Positions 10,622 through 20,272 of a stretch of DNA of 64,000 bases are shown here, piece by piece. A program made the translations under genes and the position numbers. How positions within the stretch are numbered: position 1 is the stretch's first letter; each line of letters begins with the position of its first letter. The notes under the pieces are model-generated. The model did no database searches. It was not told the DNA's origin and worked only from the letters and a program-made list of their open reading frames with translations. This stretch comes from a virus (Duplodnaviria; Caudoviricetes): positions 11,627 through 75,626 of the IMG/VR virus record IMGVR_UViG_2706795922_000001; one strand, written 5' to 3'.

Positions 10622-11839
10622 ATGTCGTGGGATATAAGCCCACCTGACCTGTCTAAGCCTCCGGCTCGGGGTTGGTTCCCGCCGATTGACAGCACGCCTC
10701 CGACGTACGGGGCGGGCTGGTGGGTGGTTCTCAATGTGGAGAACGCCTTATCGGTGCATCTGGTGACTGAGGCTGAGCTTGGGGCGCTGCTGCATCTAGA
10801 CATGGTTACGGCCATTGAGACTGACCGGGAAGCGGCTTTGCGTCAGGTTTCCATGCTGGTGGCTGATGCGCCGATTGCGGTTGACCGTGTGATGTTCTTT
10901 AGTGCGACTTTCCAGTTCGACAATGAGTTGTCGGTAACGGTGGACCGGGCGCTTGAGTTCTCTCGGACGACTGGGCTTGACCTGTCGGCGGTGTTGACGG
11001 CAAGCAGGGCCGCTGGGCTGATTTCGATTGGCAAGCTAAGCGCTGCGCTAAGCGTGGGCGCTAACCGTTCGTCGGGCCTGGTGAAGGTCGCTCCGGTGAG
11101 CTTGTCGCGGTCGGTGTCGGTTGACCGGTCTGCGGACTTCGCTATCCGGTCGAATATCGACGCGGCGCAGATTGTGTCGGGGGATCGGGCGCTTGAGTTG
11201 GCGCGGATCAACTTCATTGACTCGGCGGCGACCGTTAGCGCTAACCGGTTCGCAGCGATGGGCCGTCCTCCGTATGCGACGACGATTCAGCAGTTCTCGT
11301 CGGCAGGCAGCTACTCGTACACGATTCCGCGTAACTGCGACTTCATTGACGTAGTGCTGCTTGGCGGGGGCGGCGGTGGCCGCTCTATGCCTGCGTTCGG
11401 TACGTGGGGTCAGGGTGGTCGCGCCGGGGCGTGGCAGTTCTACACGCTGGTCAGGGGTGTGGACATTCCTTTCTCGGCAACGGTGATTACCGGGACGGTC
11501 GGTAACGGCGGTAATGGCGGCGCGGCGGCGTTCGGTGCTAACAACGGCCAGCCGGGCGGCGCTACGACGGCGGTCGCTACGGGCTGGGCTGGCACGCACA
11601 GTGCGGCGGGCGGCGCGGGTGGCGGCGGCAGCCTTGACCCTAACGGCCAGGGTCCGGGGGATCAGACCTACAACGGCGAGCTTTACGACGGCGGCGAGGA
11701 CCGGGCGTCCGTGGGTACCGGCTTGACCGGTAACGCTCCGGGCGGCGGCGGGACCGCTTCGCAGGTTTCGCTCGGCTTCACCGGTACTGCCGGTGGTAAT
11801 GGTGCGCCGGGAGCCGCCTGGTTCCGCGCTTATCAATAA
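10622..11839 (+). CDS. minor tail protein, glycine-rich C-terminus
   Basis: 405 aa; GGGGGG/GGAGG repeats ending GAAWFRAYQ, typical of mycobacteriophage tail proteins. Confidence 0.8.
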   Translation: MSWDISPPDLSKPPARGWFPPIDSTPPTYGAGWWVVLNVENALSVHLVTEAELGALLHLDMVTAIETDREAALRQVSMLVADAPIAVDRVMFFSATFQFDNELSVTVDRALEFSRTTGLDLSAVLTASRAAGLISIGKLSAALSVGANRSSGLVKVAPVSLSRSVSVDRSADFAIRSNIDAAQIVSGDRALELARINFIDSAATVSANRFAAMGRPPYATTIQQFSSAGSYSYTIPRNCDFIDVVLLGGGGGGRSMPAFGTWGQGGRAGAWQFYTLVRGVDIPFSATVITGTVGNGGNGGAAAFGANNGQPGGATTAVATGWAGTHSAAGGAGGGGSLDPNGQGPGDQTYNGELYDGGEDRASVGTGLTGNAPGGGGTASQVSLGFTGTAGGNGAPGAAWFRAYQ

Positions 11840-11868
11840 CTCAACAAACAACTTAATAGGGGGCTTTT

Positions 11869-12252
11869 ATGGCGTGGGGCATTTCCTCGTACCTGGCTAA
11901 CAAGCTGCTGGATCACACGTTTAGGAATGTGGCTTATACGCCACCGACTGCTATTTATGCGAAGTTGCATCTGGGCGATCCGGGGGCAGCCGGTACGGCT
12001 AACGCTTCGGCGCTGACGACGCGCGTTGCGACGACGTTCGCGGCTGCGGCTTCTGGTGTTATCGCTATCTCCAATACTCCGGAGTTCACGCTTAACGCGA
12101 CGGAAACCATCGTGGGCGTCTCGTTTTGGGACGCGTCTACTGGCGGCAACTTTCTGTATTCGGTGCAGGCGTCGGTGTCTAAGGGTGGCGCTTCGGGCGA
12201 CATTATCCGCCTGGCTACTAACACGTTCGGTTTGTCACCGATTGCCGCTTAA
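11869..12252 (+). CDS. minor tail protein
   Basis: 127 aa; LHLGDPGAAGT and FWDASTGGNFL motifs. Confidence 0.75.
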   Translation: MAWGISSYLANKLLDHTFRNVAYTPPTAIYAKLHLGDPGAAGTANASALTTRVATTFAAAASGVIAISNTPEFTLNATETIVGVSFWDASTGGNFLYSVQASVSKGGASGDIIRLATNTFGLSPIAA

Positions 12253-12263
12253 GGGGGTTAAGG

Positions 12264-13205
12264 ATGCTTAACCTTGCTCCGACGATGGAAACGCTCGCCT
12301 TGTCGGCGGGCAGCGTGTTTGAGATTCCGGGCTGGCGGCTTAAGGGCACTTACCCGGATGGCACCGTGGCGAAGATCGTTTTTACGGACGACGCGGGCGG
12401 TCTGCTGGGCGAGTTCACTGGCTCGGTGACCGCGAAGGAAATTCACTACATTCAGACTGCGGATGACGTTAAGGACATTCCGCATGGCGCTAACTTCCAG
12501 ATGTTCGTTCAGTACCCGGCTATGCAGCCGATCTGTACGCATTACGGGACGGTGATTCGGCGCGAGCCGCGTTATCCGCTTAGCACGGTGGTTAGTCCTG
12601 AGGACTCGGCTGTGCAGTACACGGCGAACTTCATTGGCGAATATATCGGGCCGATGTGGAAGCCGATGGGTAACGGCTGGGGATCGCTTGGCATTCACAC
12701 GCACGCGCTGATCAGTCAGGACCCGTCGATGGGTCCGAACTACTCGCTATTTAGTGAGGCGTGCGCGCGCTGGCTGTGGCCGCTGAATATGGACTCGGTA
12801 ACGATCAACATTAAGGTCCTTAACGTTGGTGCTGGGAAGCTAAATGTCATCGTCTGCGGTGATTACTCGCTTGAGTCGTACATGGGCATTCAGTTTGAGA
12901 CCGGCATTAGCAATAACCGTGTCCGGGCGATTACCGGTAATGGCCCTTTGGAATACGACTACCAGGGCAGCGCGGTCGATAACACGGTCACTAATGGTGA
13001 CGTTTATCAGGTCAAGTACAACTTCCTGTCTAACAAGCTGGCGCTTTATAAGGGCACCAGCCTTACCCCGCTCTTGGAGTGGGAGGACGTGGACAACATC
13101 GTTCCGCACGGTGAGGGGTTCCGTTATACGGCTCTCGCTTGGCAAACGTCGCTGTTTACGCCGGGCGTTGAGCCTACAGCTTGGGAAGCCAAGGACGGCG
13201 TTTAG
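12264..13205 (+). CDS. minor tail protein
   Basis: 313 aa, last gene of tail cassette, GGGG-type RBS. Confidence 0.7.
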   Translation: MLNLAPTMETLALSAGSVFEIPGWRLKGTYPDGTVAKIVFTDDAGGLLGEFTGSVTAKEIHYIQTADDVKDIPHGANFQMFVQYPAMQPICTHYGTVIRREPRYPLSTVVSPEDSAVQYTANFIGEYIGPMWKPMGNGWGSLGIHTHALISQDPSMGPNYSLFSEACARWLWPLNMDSVTINIKVLNVGAGKLNVIVCGDYSLESYMGIQFETGISNNRVRAITGNGPLEYDYQGSAVDNTVTNGDVYQVKYNFLSNKLALYKGTSLTPLLEWEDVDNIVPHGEGFRYTALAWQTSLFTPGVEPTAWEAKDGV

Positions 13206-13229
13206 CCGGTTAAGAAAAGAAAGGAACAG

Positions 13230-13337
13230 ATGAAGCTAAAAGCAATTCTATTCGTGCTAGGTCTGGCCGTGAAGGTTATCCCCGGCAAGGTGGATGACGA
13301 GGCTTACGAGCTAATCAAGAAGCTGCTAGGTCAGTAA
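13230..13337 (+). CDS. small hypothetical protein (35 aa), hydrophobic N-terminus
   Basis: AAGGAA RBS; MKLKAILFVLGLAVKVIPGKVDDEAYELIKKLLGQ; stop overlaps lysin A start (TAATG); below the ORF-track cutoff. Confidence 0.6.
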   Translation: MKLKAILFVLGLAVKVIPGKVDDEAYELIKKLLGQ

Positions 13338-14809
13338 TGCCTAGAACCGTTTACGGAAACGATTGGTCCGAAAACGGTTGGAGGATGGTTTGGGACACGG
13401 AGTGCCAGTGGACGCAAATCCCTGGCACTTCGGTCACATTGCAGATTGCTAAGGGGTGGCCGCTCGCAGTGATGCGGGCGTTCGCCGCTGACTTCAACGC
13501 TTATGTCGAGCCGTTGCGTGACCCTGACTCTGCGTGTTGGACGCTAACCAACTCGGTAAGCACGTCTAACCACCTGTCGGGCACTGCGATGGACCTTAAC
13601 TGGAACAGTCACCCGTTCAAGGTCGCTAACGCGGGTTTTGACGCGGCAAAGATCGCTACCGTCCGGGAACTTCTGGCCTTTTACGAGGACACGATTTTCT
13701 GGGGTAACGACTGGACTTCGCCTAAAGACGCGATGCACTTCCAGATGGGCTACAACACGTACGGAAACCAGCGCGTAGCGGATTTCATTGCTCGGAAGAT
13801 TCGGGCTGACGGCTACAGCACCTTCCGGCGCGGAAACACGCCTCAGGCGACCGATCCGGCGCTGATCCTGTCTCGGGCTACCGGCCTGACGATTAATCGC
13901 GCACAGGAGATTCTACCGGCTGTTGCGGCGGGTCTGAGGGAGTCCGACTGCCTGACCCCGGCGCGTATCGCTATGTGGCTCGCTCAGTGCGGCCATGAGT
14001 CGGCGGGGTTCAACGCGACGGAGGAATACCAGAACGGTCCTATGGATCAGGAGCGTTGGATTTACAAGGGTCGGACGTGGATTCAACTGACGTGGCTTAG
14101 CGCTTATCGCGGCTTCGGCCAGTGGTGCTACGCGCGCGGCCTGGTCAATGACCCGGAAGTGTTCGTTAAGAATCCGAAGTCTCTAGCTGATCTGCAATGG
14201 GCTGGCCTTGGCGCGGCCTACTACTGGACGACGACTGTCCGGAGCACACGTAAGTACCCGACGCTTAACCAGGCGTCGGACGCGCGCGACGTGCTAGTGG
14301 CAACTCAAATCATTAACGGCGGGACTAACGGTCTAGAGGACCGGCAGAACCGCTACAACCGTGCGGTCGCTGTTGGCGACGATCTAACGCTAATTGTCAA
14401 TGAGGGGGATGATTTCTTGTCTGCACTAAGCGCTGATGAGCAGCGCGAAATGCTGGCGTACATGCGGTGGGCGTTTAAGCCTGTCACTGGTGAGTTCACT
14501 AAGCAATTCCCGCACCGTTCGATGTACGCAGGTAGCCCCGATACCGATACCTTCGCCGGTCGCGCTATTAGCGCTCACGCGTTTGGTTGGGATTACCGGG
14601 TGGAGTATTCGGCTCGCCTCGGTGAGGAATGGGCTATCGACACTATTGCTCAAGCGGCGGCGGGCACGCTCTGGGGCGTTAAGCGCGATGACGGGTCTGT
14701 TGACCAGTTCCGCGTTAATCACGCTAAGAGCGTTCTGGCCGATCTGGAAAAGAACTATCCGCAAGTGCTTGAGGCGTATCTAGCTAAGAAGAGGGGAGGG
14801 GCTGCTTAA
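13337..14809 (+). CDS. lysA: lysin A (peptidase + GH19 glycoside hydrolase)
   Basis: SNHLSGTAMD/DAMHFQ M15-like peptidase; GHES..YKGRTWIQLTW..INGGTNGLEDR GH19 motifs. Confidence 0.93.
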   Translation: MPRTVYGNDWSENGWRMVWDTECQWTQIPGTSVTLQIAKGWPLAVMRAFAADFNAYVEPLRDPDSACWTLTNSVSTSNHLSGTAMDLNWNSHPFKVANAGFDAAKIATVRELLAFYEDTIFWGNDWTSPKDAMHFQMGYNTYGNQRVADFIARKIRADGYSTFRRGNTPQATDPALILSRATGLTINRAQEILPAVAAGLRESDCLTPARIAMWLAQCGHESAGFNATEEYQNGPMDQERWIYKGRTWIQLTWLSAYRGFGQWCYARGLVNDPEVFVKNPKSLADLQWAGLGAAYYWTTTVRSTRKYPTLNQASDARDVLVATQIINGGTNGLEDRQNRYNRAVAVGDDLTLIVNEGDDFLSALSADEQREMLAYMRWAFKPVTGEFTKQFPHRSMYAGSPDTDTFAGRAISAHAFGWDYRVEYSARLGEEWAIDTIAQAAAGTLWGVKRDDGSVDQFRVNHAKSVLADLEKNYPQVLEAYLAKKRGGAA

Positions 14810-15225
14810 TGAATCCTAAGATTCGTCAGTCCATTTACTACCTCGGCGCAATCGTGCCGGGGCTTATGGGCCTGTTCATGCTGTGGGGCGGTCTGTCTCA
14901 GGATGACGCGAACAGCATTGAGAACATCGTCGGCGGTGTTGTGGCGATCCTCGGTTCGGCGGCTCCGGCCACGGCTGCGATCAAGGTTGGTCAGCAGCGT
15001 AAGGACGGCACGTTCGATTCTGTTAGCCCGGCTGAGGCTGTGGTTAACGGGGTCCAGGCCGTGCTTGAGGCGCAGGCTGCGGCGTCGGCTGAGGTTGACA
15101 AGGTTAAGGACGCGATCACTGGCGCGGTTACCCAGATTCCGGGCTTCGGTCCGCTGGCCGCTCAGGTGATCAAGGCGAGCGGTTCGGCGTTCGACACTCT
15201 GCCGGATATCTGGCAGAAGCCGTAA
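14809..15225 (+). CDS. holin
   Basis: 138 aa, two N-terminal hydrophobic helices, between lysA and lysB. Confidence 0.8.
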   Translation: MNPKIRQSIYYLGAIVPGLMGLFMLWGGLSQDDANSIENIVGGVVAILGSAAPATAAIKVGQQRKDGTFDSVSPAEAVVNGVQAVLEAQAAASAEVDKVKDAITGAVTQIPGFGPLAAQVIKASGSAFDTLPDIWQKP

Positions 15226-16268
15226 TGCCGTTGCGTCTAGGCGACCGCAACGAGTCGGTGCGCCAGTGGCGGGTAAAGATGAATGCGTGGTTTGGCGGGC
15301 TTTATACCCGCCTCCACGGCCCGCTGCCTATGGATACGGACGAGTTTGGTCCGCGAGCTAAGGCGTGGCAGGAGGAATACGAGCGGCGCACTGGTCAGGT
15401 CGTTGACGGAGTGGTCAGCGATAATGACCTTAACGCGCTTAAGGTTCCACTGCCTGCGGTCGTCGGTCCGTCGATTATCCACTTCTCAATCAATGGTGCT
15501 GGTTCTACGTGGGACATGGGTTACCCGTATGACATTGGCGAGCTTCTAGATAAGCGGAAGTGTTATCACCAGCCTGTCGGCTATGACACTTCGCCGGTGC
15601 CTATGAGTCGTGGCGTTAAGACGGGCGTTGAAGAGTTCATTCGGCTGCTGCGTCTGCACAATTGTCAGGTTGTTCCGTGGTGCTTCACCGCGTACAGCAT
15701 GGGTGCCATCGTCGCTATGACGGTGCTTATGCGGGTCCTGTATGGCGATCTGCAAGAGTTCAAGGCCACCTATAAGGGCAGTAATGCGTTCGGCAACCCG
15801 ATGCGCCAGAACGGGCATACGTTCCCCGGATGCGCGTACTCGGACGGCGAGGGAATCGTGCTGCCTAACGCGCACGACACGCCGGTTGAGCACTGGGACT
15901 TCACGTCGGATAAGCGGATGGTTGGCGCTAAGGGGGATGACCTCTATTCGTCGTTCGCTAAGCCGGGTAGCTCGGCTGACCAGAACGAGAATATGCGCGC
16001 CGTTTGGGACATTGTGAATACCGGTAACCCGCTCAACTTGGGTAAGCAGGTATTGGAACTGGTTTTGTCTCCGACGTGGCACGAAGCGCAGGGCGCTTTC
16101 GCTGCTGCGTGGGATGCGATTGTGTTCTTTATCGCTAAGGGCACCAGCCCGCATACGACGTACCAGTTCATTAAGCCGATTCCCGGCGACCCGCGCGACT
16201 GTTGGCAGATCGCGCTCAATCACATGCAAGACATTGTTGCCAGCGTGCCTTGGCGCGCGGCAGCTTAG
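15225..16268 (+). CDS. lysB: lysin B (cutinase-like serine esterase)
   Basis: N-terminal peptidoglycan-binding-like region; AYSMG nucleophile elbow; FGNPMR motif. Confidence 0.88.
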   Translation: MPLRLGDRNESVRQWRVKMNAWFGGLYTRLHGPLPMDTDEFGPRAKAWQEEYERRTGQVVDGVVSDNDLNALKVPLPAVVGPSIIHFSINGAGSTWDMGYPYDIGELLDKRKCYHQPVGYDTSPVPMSRGVKTGVEEFIRLLRLHNCQVVPWCFTAYSMGAIVAMTVLMRVLYGDLQEFKATYKGSNAFGNPMRQNGHTFPGCAYSDGEGIVLPNAHDTPVEHWDFTSDKRMVGAKGDDLYSSFAKPGSSADQNENMRAVWDIVNTGNPLNLGKQVLELVLSPTWHEAQGAFAAAWDAIVFFIAKGTSPHTTYQFIKPIPGDPRDCWQIALNHMQDIVASVPWRAAA

Positions 16269-16281
16269 GAGGGTAAGGACA

Positions 16282-16746
16282 TTGTTGGTATATGACGAGC
16301 AGTTGCCGCTGTTGGATGACAGCTTTGAGGGCAACGAGGTAAATCTGCTAGCGGTGCGTGGCCGCAAGGTTGACCCGCACTTTCGCCGGAACTACGCATG
16401 GGCTAAGCACGCGATTGATCGCGGCGCGCTCCGCAAGGTGGTTGTGATCGTGGCGCTCGGCTCGGACTCTTGGGTCCATACGGTCGGTGCGGTCACGTCG
16501 GCGCTCTCGGGGCAGAAGTTGCACCAGGGCGCGCGGTTCAAGGTGGACGCTGAGGTCAGCGACATTGGCACCGACAAGGTGACGCAGGTGCTCGCGGCGC
16601 TCAAAGAGCTAGAGGGTCCGAAGGACGTTTACGTTCTGAACACTCCGAAGGCGCTTGCCACTAAGCAGGCTAAGGCTCCTAAGCCGAAGCCGGAGCCGGA
16701 GCCTGAACAGCCGGTGGAAGATACCCCGCCAGTTAGCGAAAGCTAA
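16282..16746 (+). CDS. hypothetical protein
   Basis: TTG start after GGAGG/AAGGA RBS; fills the gap after lysB. Confidence 0.6.
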   Translation: MLVYDEQLPLLDDSFEGNEVNLLAVRGRKVDPHFRRNYAWAKHAIDRGALRKVVVIVALGSDSWVHTVGAVTSALSGQKLHQGARFKVDAEVSDIGTDKVTQVLAALKELEGPKDVYVLNTPKALATKQAKAPKPKPEPEPEQPVEDTPPVSES

Positions 16747-16748
16747 GC

Positions 16749-17168
16749 ATGGAGACGGGCGACTGGACTGTCATGCTGACGACGAACTGGCCGACGATTG
16801 CGCTTATCGCGTCGTTGGCGTTCGGCATCTATGTCATCGTCCGTTTCCTGGCTGGAACTTTTGAGGCGTTTGGTGATGCGCTCGGGCCGCTAGGGAAGTG
16901 GTTCCAGGCCCGGCGCGCAATCTCTCAGGCTGAATCAGACGATATGCGGCGTCAGATCGTTGCCTTGGACAGGCGCGTTCGGGCGCTGCTGTATCGGGAC
17001 GAATGTTACTTCGCGTACATGGTGACGGATGCGGAGTGGCACCGCAGGGCAGAGCTTATTGCTATTGCTAGGGGCTGGGACCTAGAGCCACATATCCCGT
17101 TCCTCCGCTTCCGTGACAACTGGATGCGCGAACGAGGAATTGATAAGGAACTAGAAATATGGACGTAA
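16749..17168 (+). CDS. membrane protein of lysis region
   Basis: 139 aa, N-terminal TM helix then coiled coil. Confidence 0.7.
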   Translation: METGDWTVMLTTNWPTIALIASLAFGIYVIVRFLAGTFEAFGDALGPLGKWFQARRAISQAESDDMRRQIVALDRRVRALLYRDECYFAYMVTDAEWHRRAELIAIARGWDLEPHIPFLRFRDNWMRERGIDKELEIWT

Positions 17169-17425
17169 CGGTGTATTCGCCGTCTACCCCTTGCACCGGC
17201 TGCATGGCTACGAAGCTCGCGCTTAAGAAGAACGGACTCCCGTTTGCTGCGGAGATTGCTACTGATGAGCAGATTGAGGCGTTTAAGGCTGATGGACACT
17301 CAGCGTTCCCGGTCGTTGTCGTTGAACTTGGCGACGGCGCTACGTGGACGTGGAGTGGTTACCGCCATGACGACATTAAGCGCCTGAAAGAACTAAGTGA
17401 GGAAACGAAGCCGTTAGCGGCTTAA
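17159..17425 (+). CDS. nrdH: NrdH-like glutaredoxin
   Basis: VTVYS..CTGC redox motif, FPVVV, WSGYR. Confidence 0.85.
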   Translation: MDVTVYSPSTPCTGCMATKLALKKNGLPFAAEIATDEQIEAFKADGHSAFPVVVVELGDGATWTWSGYRHDDIKRLKELSEETKPLAA

Positions 17426-17431
17426 CAAACT

Positions 17432-17489
17432 CGGGCACTCGCGCTCCCTCTATTTCCCCGGAGGTTGAGCGCGGGTGCCCGCTTTTTTG
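17432..17489 (+). terminator. intrinsic terminator ending late operon
   Basis: CGGGCACTCGCGCTC / GAGCGCGGGTGCCCG stem followed by CTTTTTTG. Confidence 0.8.
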
Positions 17490-17735
17490 TGTTTAAGGGG
17501 ACCGGCCCGACAACAGTGCAGTAGCCGAACTTTCCTTGTGAGCCGGTCCCCGGCCTTAGAGGGGGAGACCAGGCCCAGATAGTCGGCCAGCCCTGGCCTC
17601 CCCGAAACGGCTGCCGGAGGCTAACGATGGACCGGGGGGAGGGGGTTGTCCATCGCGCGAATCCGACAGCCGTTGAAGCCCACGTTAGGCTTCTTTTGCC
17701 ACCTGTCAAGTCTGTGAATTTGCTTGTAAATGCAG

Positions 17736-18011
17736 CTAATCGTCGGGCCAGGTTACCGGTGGGTATTCTCCGTAATAACCGCGCAGTTCGTCGCCCCGCA
17801 GCAAAGCGGAGTCCTGTTCGTACGCCCTGTGAACCAAGTCACGTTCACGCTTCCGGTGCGCGTCCATCCGTCGCAGCACGTACGCAACTGACCGCTTAGT
17901 AAGTTTGAACGTCAGGTACAGCGCCAGACCGAGAAGGACCCACTTCCAGATCGCAGAGACGACCGCGAACAGAACCGCTCCGACTACCAGCCAGACAATG
18001 AGTTCGCCCAT
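17736..18011 (-). CDS. small membrane protein
   Basis: MGELIVWLVVGAVLFAVVSAIWKWVLLGLALYL hydrophobic N-terminus. Confidence 0.65.
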   Translation of the reverse strand: MGELIVWLVVGAVLFAVVSAIWKWVLLGLALYLTFKLTKRSVAYVLRRMDAHRKRERDLVHRAYEQDSALLRGDELRGYYGEYPPVTWPDD

Positions 18012-18021
18012 ACGGGAGAGC

Positions 18022-18762
18022 TTAGACTTGCGCGCCTTGGAAATACCAGACCCGGCGATGCACATTAACGAGCCATTCGTTAACAACGTCCATGTCCGGG
18101 CGCAGCGGCAGCTTAGAGGTTTGCCCCGCCTCTTCGATCCGCTCCCGCCAATACACGATTTCCTCAAGCGCCCTAGCTTCGCTTAGCTCGCCATTGCGGA
18201 CGCTAAGCAGAAAGTCGCGCGCGAGGTCGTGCATGGGCATAGTCATGGTTTGGTGCGTCAGCATTTCGTGACCCTGAATCAGGAGCCGGATAGCGTGGAA
18301 TGCGGCCTTAGTGTCGTAACCGTGCTTAGCGATTAGTTCAGGCCGGTTCGTCCTGGGCGCGCGCACGCCGGTCAGCCGGTCGTACATGCCGTTGGCGTAC
18401 CCGACGTGGGTTACCGCGATCTGCCGGGACAGGAGCTTGGGCGCGAATGCCTGCAAGCCGATCAGGTCCGGGTGCGCGAGGTTCGGCGTGAACAGCAGCG
18501 TGTGCAGCGTCGGGTTACCCTTGACGATTTCGCTGACGAACTTCCGGAGGCCGTAGTAGACAATCTCCGTGTCCCCCGGCTCACTCTTAACCCCTTCGGC
18601 CCGGTCCCTCACTTTGAACGCTCCACGAGCCGCTGAGAGGCCAATAAGCGCCTCTGGCGGGTCGGCGTAGACCGCGATGTAGTCGTGATCGCTCTCTGGC
18701 ACGCCCAGGCCGTGTGCGATTGATCCGATTTCCCCCATGATGAGCGGCTGTACGTCAGCCAT
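18022..18762 (-). CDS. nucleotidyltransferase (pol-beta superfamily, YcgL/RlaP-like)
   Basis: GSIAHGLGVPESDHDY (GS..D.D) motif; KGNPT; GYDTKAAFHAIRLL. Confidence 0.85.
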   Translation of the reverse strand: MADVQPLIMGEIGSIAHGLGVPESDHDYIAVYADPPEALIGLSAARGAFKVRDRAEGVKSEPGDTEIVYYGLRKFVSEIVKGNPTLHTLLFTPNLAHPDLIGLQAFAPKLLSRQIAVTHVGYANGMYDRLTGVRAPRTNRPELIAKHGYDTKAAFHAIRLLIQGHEMLTHQTMTMPMHDLARDFLLSVRNGELSEARALEEIVYWRERIEEAGQTSKLPLRPDMDVVNEWLVNVHRRVWYFQGAQV

Positions 18763-18858
18763 CTTTCCCCCTTAAACGGAGCTAGCCCCGGCGTTCTCCC
18801 CCTCCCAAGGGAAGCGCCAGGGCTAGCGGTCCGTGTACGTCCTGTGACGTACCCCCGT

Positions 18859-19296
18859 TTACGTGCCAGAAAACGCGGGTTCGTCCTTCTTGGCGGTCGG
18901 CGCTTTCTTAGCCGCCGCTTTCTTAGCGGGTTCGGGCTTGTCCTCGGACGTTGCGGCTTTCCATGCTCGCACGACCTCGGCGCTTACGCGACCCTTCTCC
19001 GCTACGTCCATGCCGTTAGCCTGTGCCCATGCGCGGATTTCCGCGAGAGGCAGACCCGGCTCTCCCCCGGAGTGCGTGATCTTCGTACCGCTGCGCTTAC
19101 GCGCCCGGCCACTGCCGGTGCCGGTACGCGAGGCAACTGAGGTCCACTTCTCCATGTCCGCGTCGAACAGCTTCGCGTTCTTTTCGGACAGGTCCAGGTG
19201 GTAGCCGACGTTGCCAACCGAGAACTCGCGCTCGGTTTCCGCGTCCAGGGTGTCGTCCAGGTCATCGAACAGTGTGACCGTTACGCGCTTACCCAT
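18859..19296 (-). CDS. lsr2: Lsr2-family nucleoid-associated protein
   Basis: VTVTLFDDLD..YHLDLSEKNA..EIRAWAQANG..V.EKGRVSAEVV signature. Confidence 0.92.
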   Translation of the reverse strand: MGKRVTVTLFDDLDDTLDAETEREFSVGNVGYHLDLSEKNAKLFDADMEKWTSVASRTGTGSGRARKRSGTKITHSGGEPGLPLAEIRAWAQANGMDVAEKGRVSAEVVRAWKAATSEDKPEPAKKAAAKKAPTAKKDEPAFSGT

Positions 19297-19382
19297 CGTT
19301 TCATCCCTTCTCGGTTTCGTATCCCATCTTAGTTTGGGTACGTGGTGTGACCACTAAAGCACCCTAGTTGCTAATCCGTCAA

Positions 19383-19766
19383 CTAGTGAAGTGGATTAGT
19401 CATTGATTGGGCGATGTAGAGCACCAGCAGCGTTAGGGCCACGAAGGCGACTGTACCCCCGATAAGCAGGGTTAATCCCTTATGGCGCTTAAGACGCGCG
19501 GGTGGCTTTATGCGAGGGCCGCGTTCCTGTAGCACTGGCGGGCGCGGGCGAGGCCGGGGAGCGGATAGCTGACGCTCACGTTCAAGCAGGTAAGAGGGTG
19601 GAATGCCCATAACCGCTTTGCGGAACTCTTCGCGGTTGCGGGCGTAGCTCTGCACCATGCGTTCGTACTCGCGGCGCTGGCTCTGTGCGGCATTGATCAT
19701 GGCTTGGCGCTCGCGGGTGATCTGCGCGTCAAGCTCCCGGAGGAAGTCGTCGGTGAACCTCGTCAT
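19383..19766 (-). CDS. hypothetical membrane protein
   Basis: 127 aa coiled coil with C-terminal TM helix. Confidence 0.6.
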   Translation of the reverse strand: MTRFTDDFLRELDAQITRERQAMINAAQSQRREYERMVQSYARNREEFRKAVMGIPPSYLLERERQLSAPRPRPRPPVLQERGPRIKPPARLKRHKGLTLLIGGTVAFVALTLLVLYIAQSMTNPLH

Positions 19767-19994
19767 CGCGCGCGCGTGTCTCCTTCCGCACTTAACAGAG
19801 CGTGTGTTTTTTACTTGCTTGTTTAACTACCCAAGGTGACGTTCCGTAGGTGGTTACCTCTTGTCGTTGCGATAGTGGGGAACGGCACTAGCAGAGGGTC
19901 CTTTTAGAGCATCCGCGTTTTTTCGCGTTTCCGTAATATTAGAGAACTCTAAGGGCCGGTCTGAGGGGTCTGGCGCATGTCCGTAGTTCCCGGA

Positions 19995-20236
19995 GCTATA
20001 CCAACGACGACCTGCAACGATGCGTCATCCGTAGGTCCCGTTGGTATAGCAGTTGGTATAGCGGCCTCGAAAAACGCTCTGACCTGCATATCCTTAAGGG
20101 TAGCGGAGGCTTAAAAGTCCGCACATAAGACCCCGCATAACCTGCTAGGATCTGTCAAATACCCAGCTAAGCGGCTTAGCGTACGCCTATGCAAGCCTAT
20201 GCAGGCACACGCGTAGGTATAGTGCGTTGGTATAGT
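19995..20236. other. attP region: integrase arm-type repeats flanking a short tRNA-Lys(TTT)-like core
   Basis: GT(T/A)GGTATAG(C/T) at 19995 (inverted), 20040, 20052, 20213, 20226; TTAAAAGTCCGCA at 20111-20123 is the reverse complement of a Lys-TTT anticodon-arm segment. Confidence 0.75.
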
Positions 20237-20272
20237 TGGGCACCGAATTGGCACCGAGCAGAGGGGCATCGA

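Noticed and set aside
20189-20272. Longer integrase start
   Set aside because: Runs through attP arm repeats; the GTG at 20273 has an RBS.
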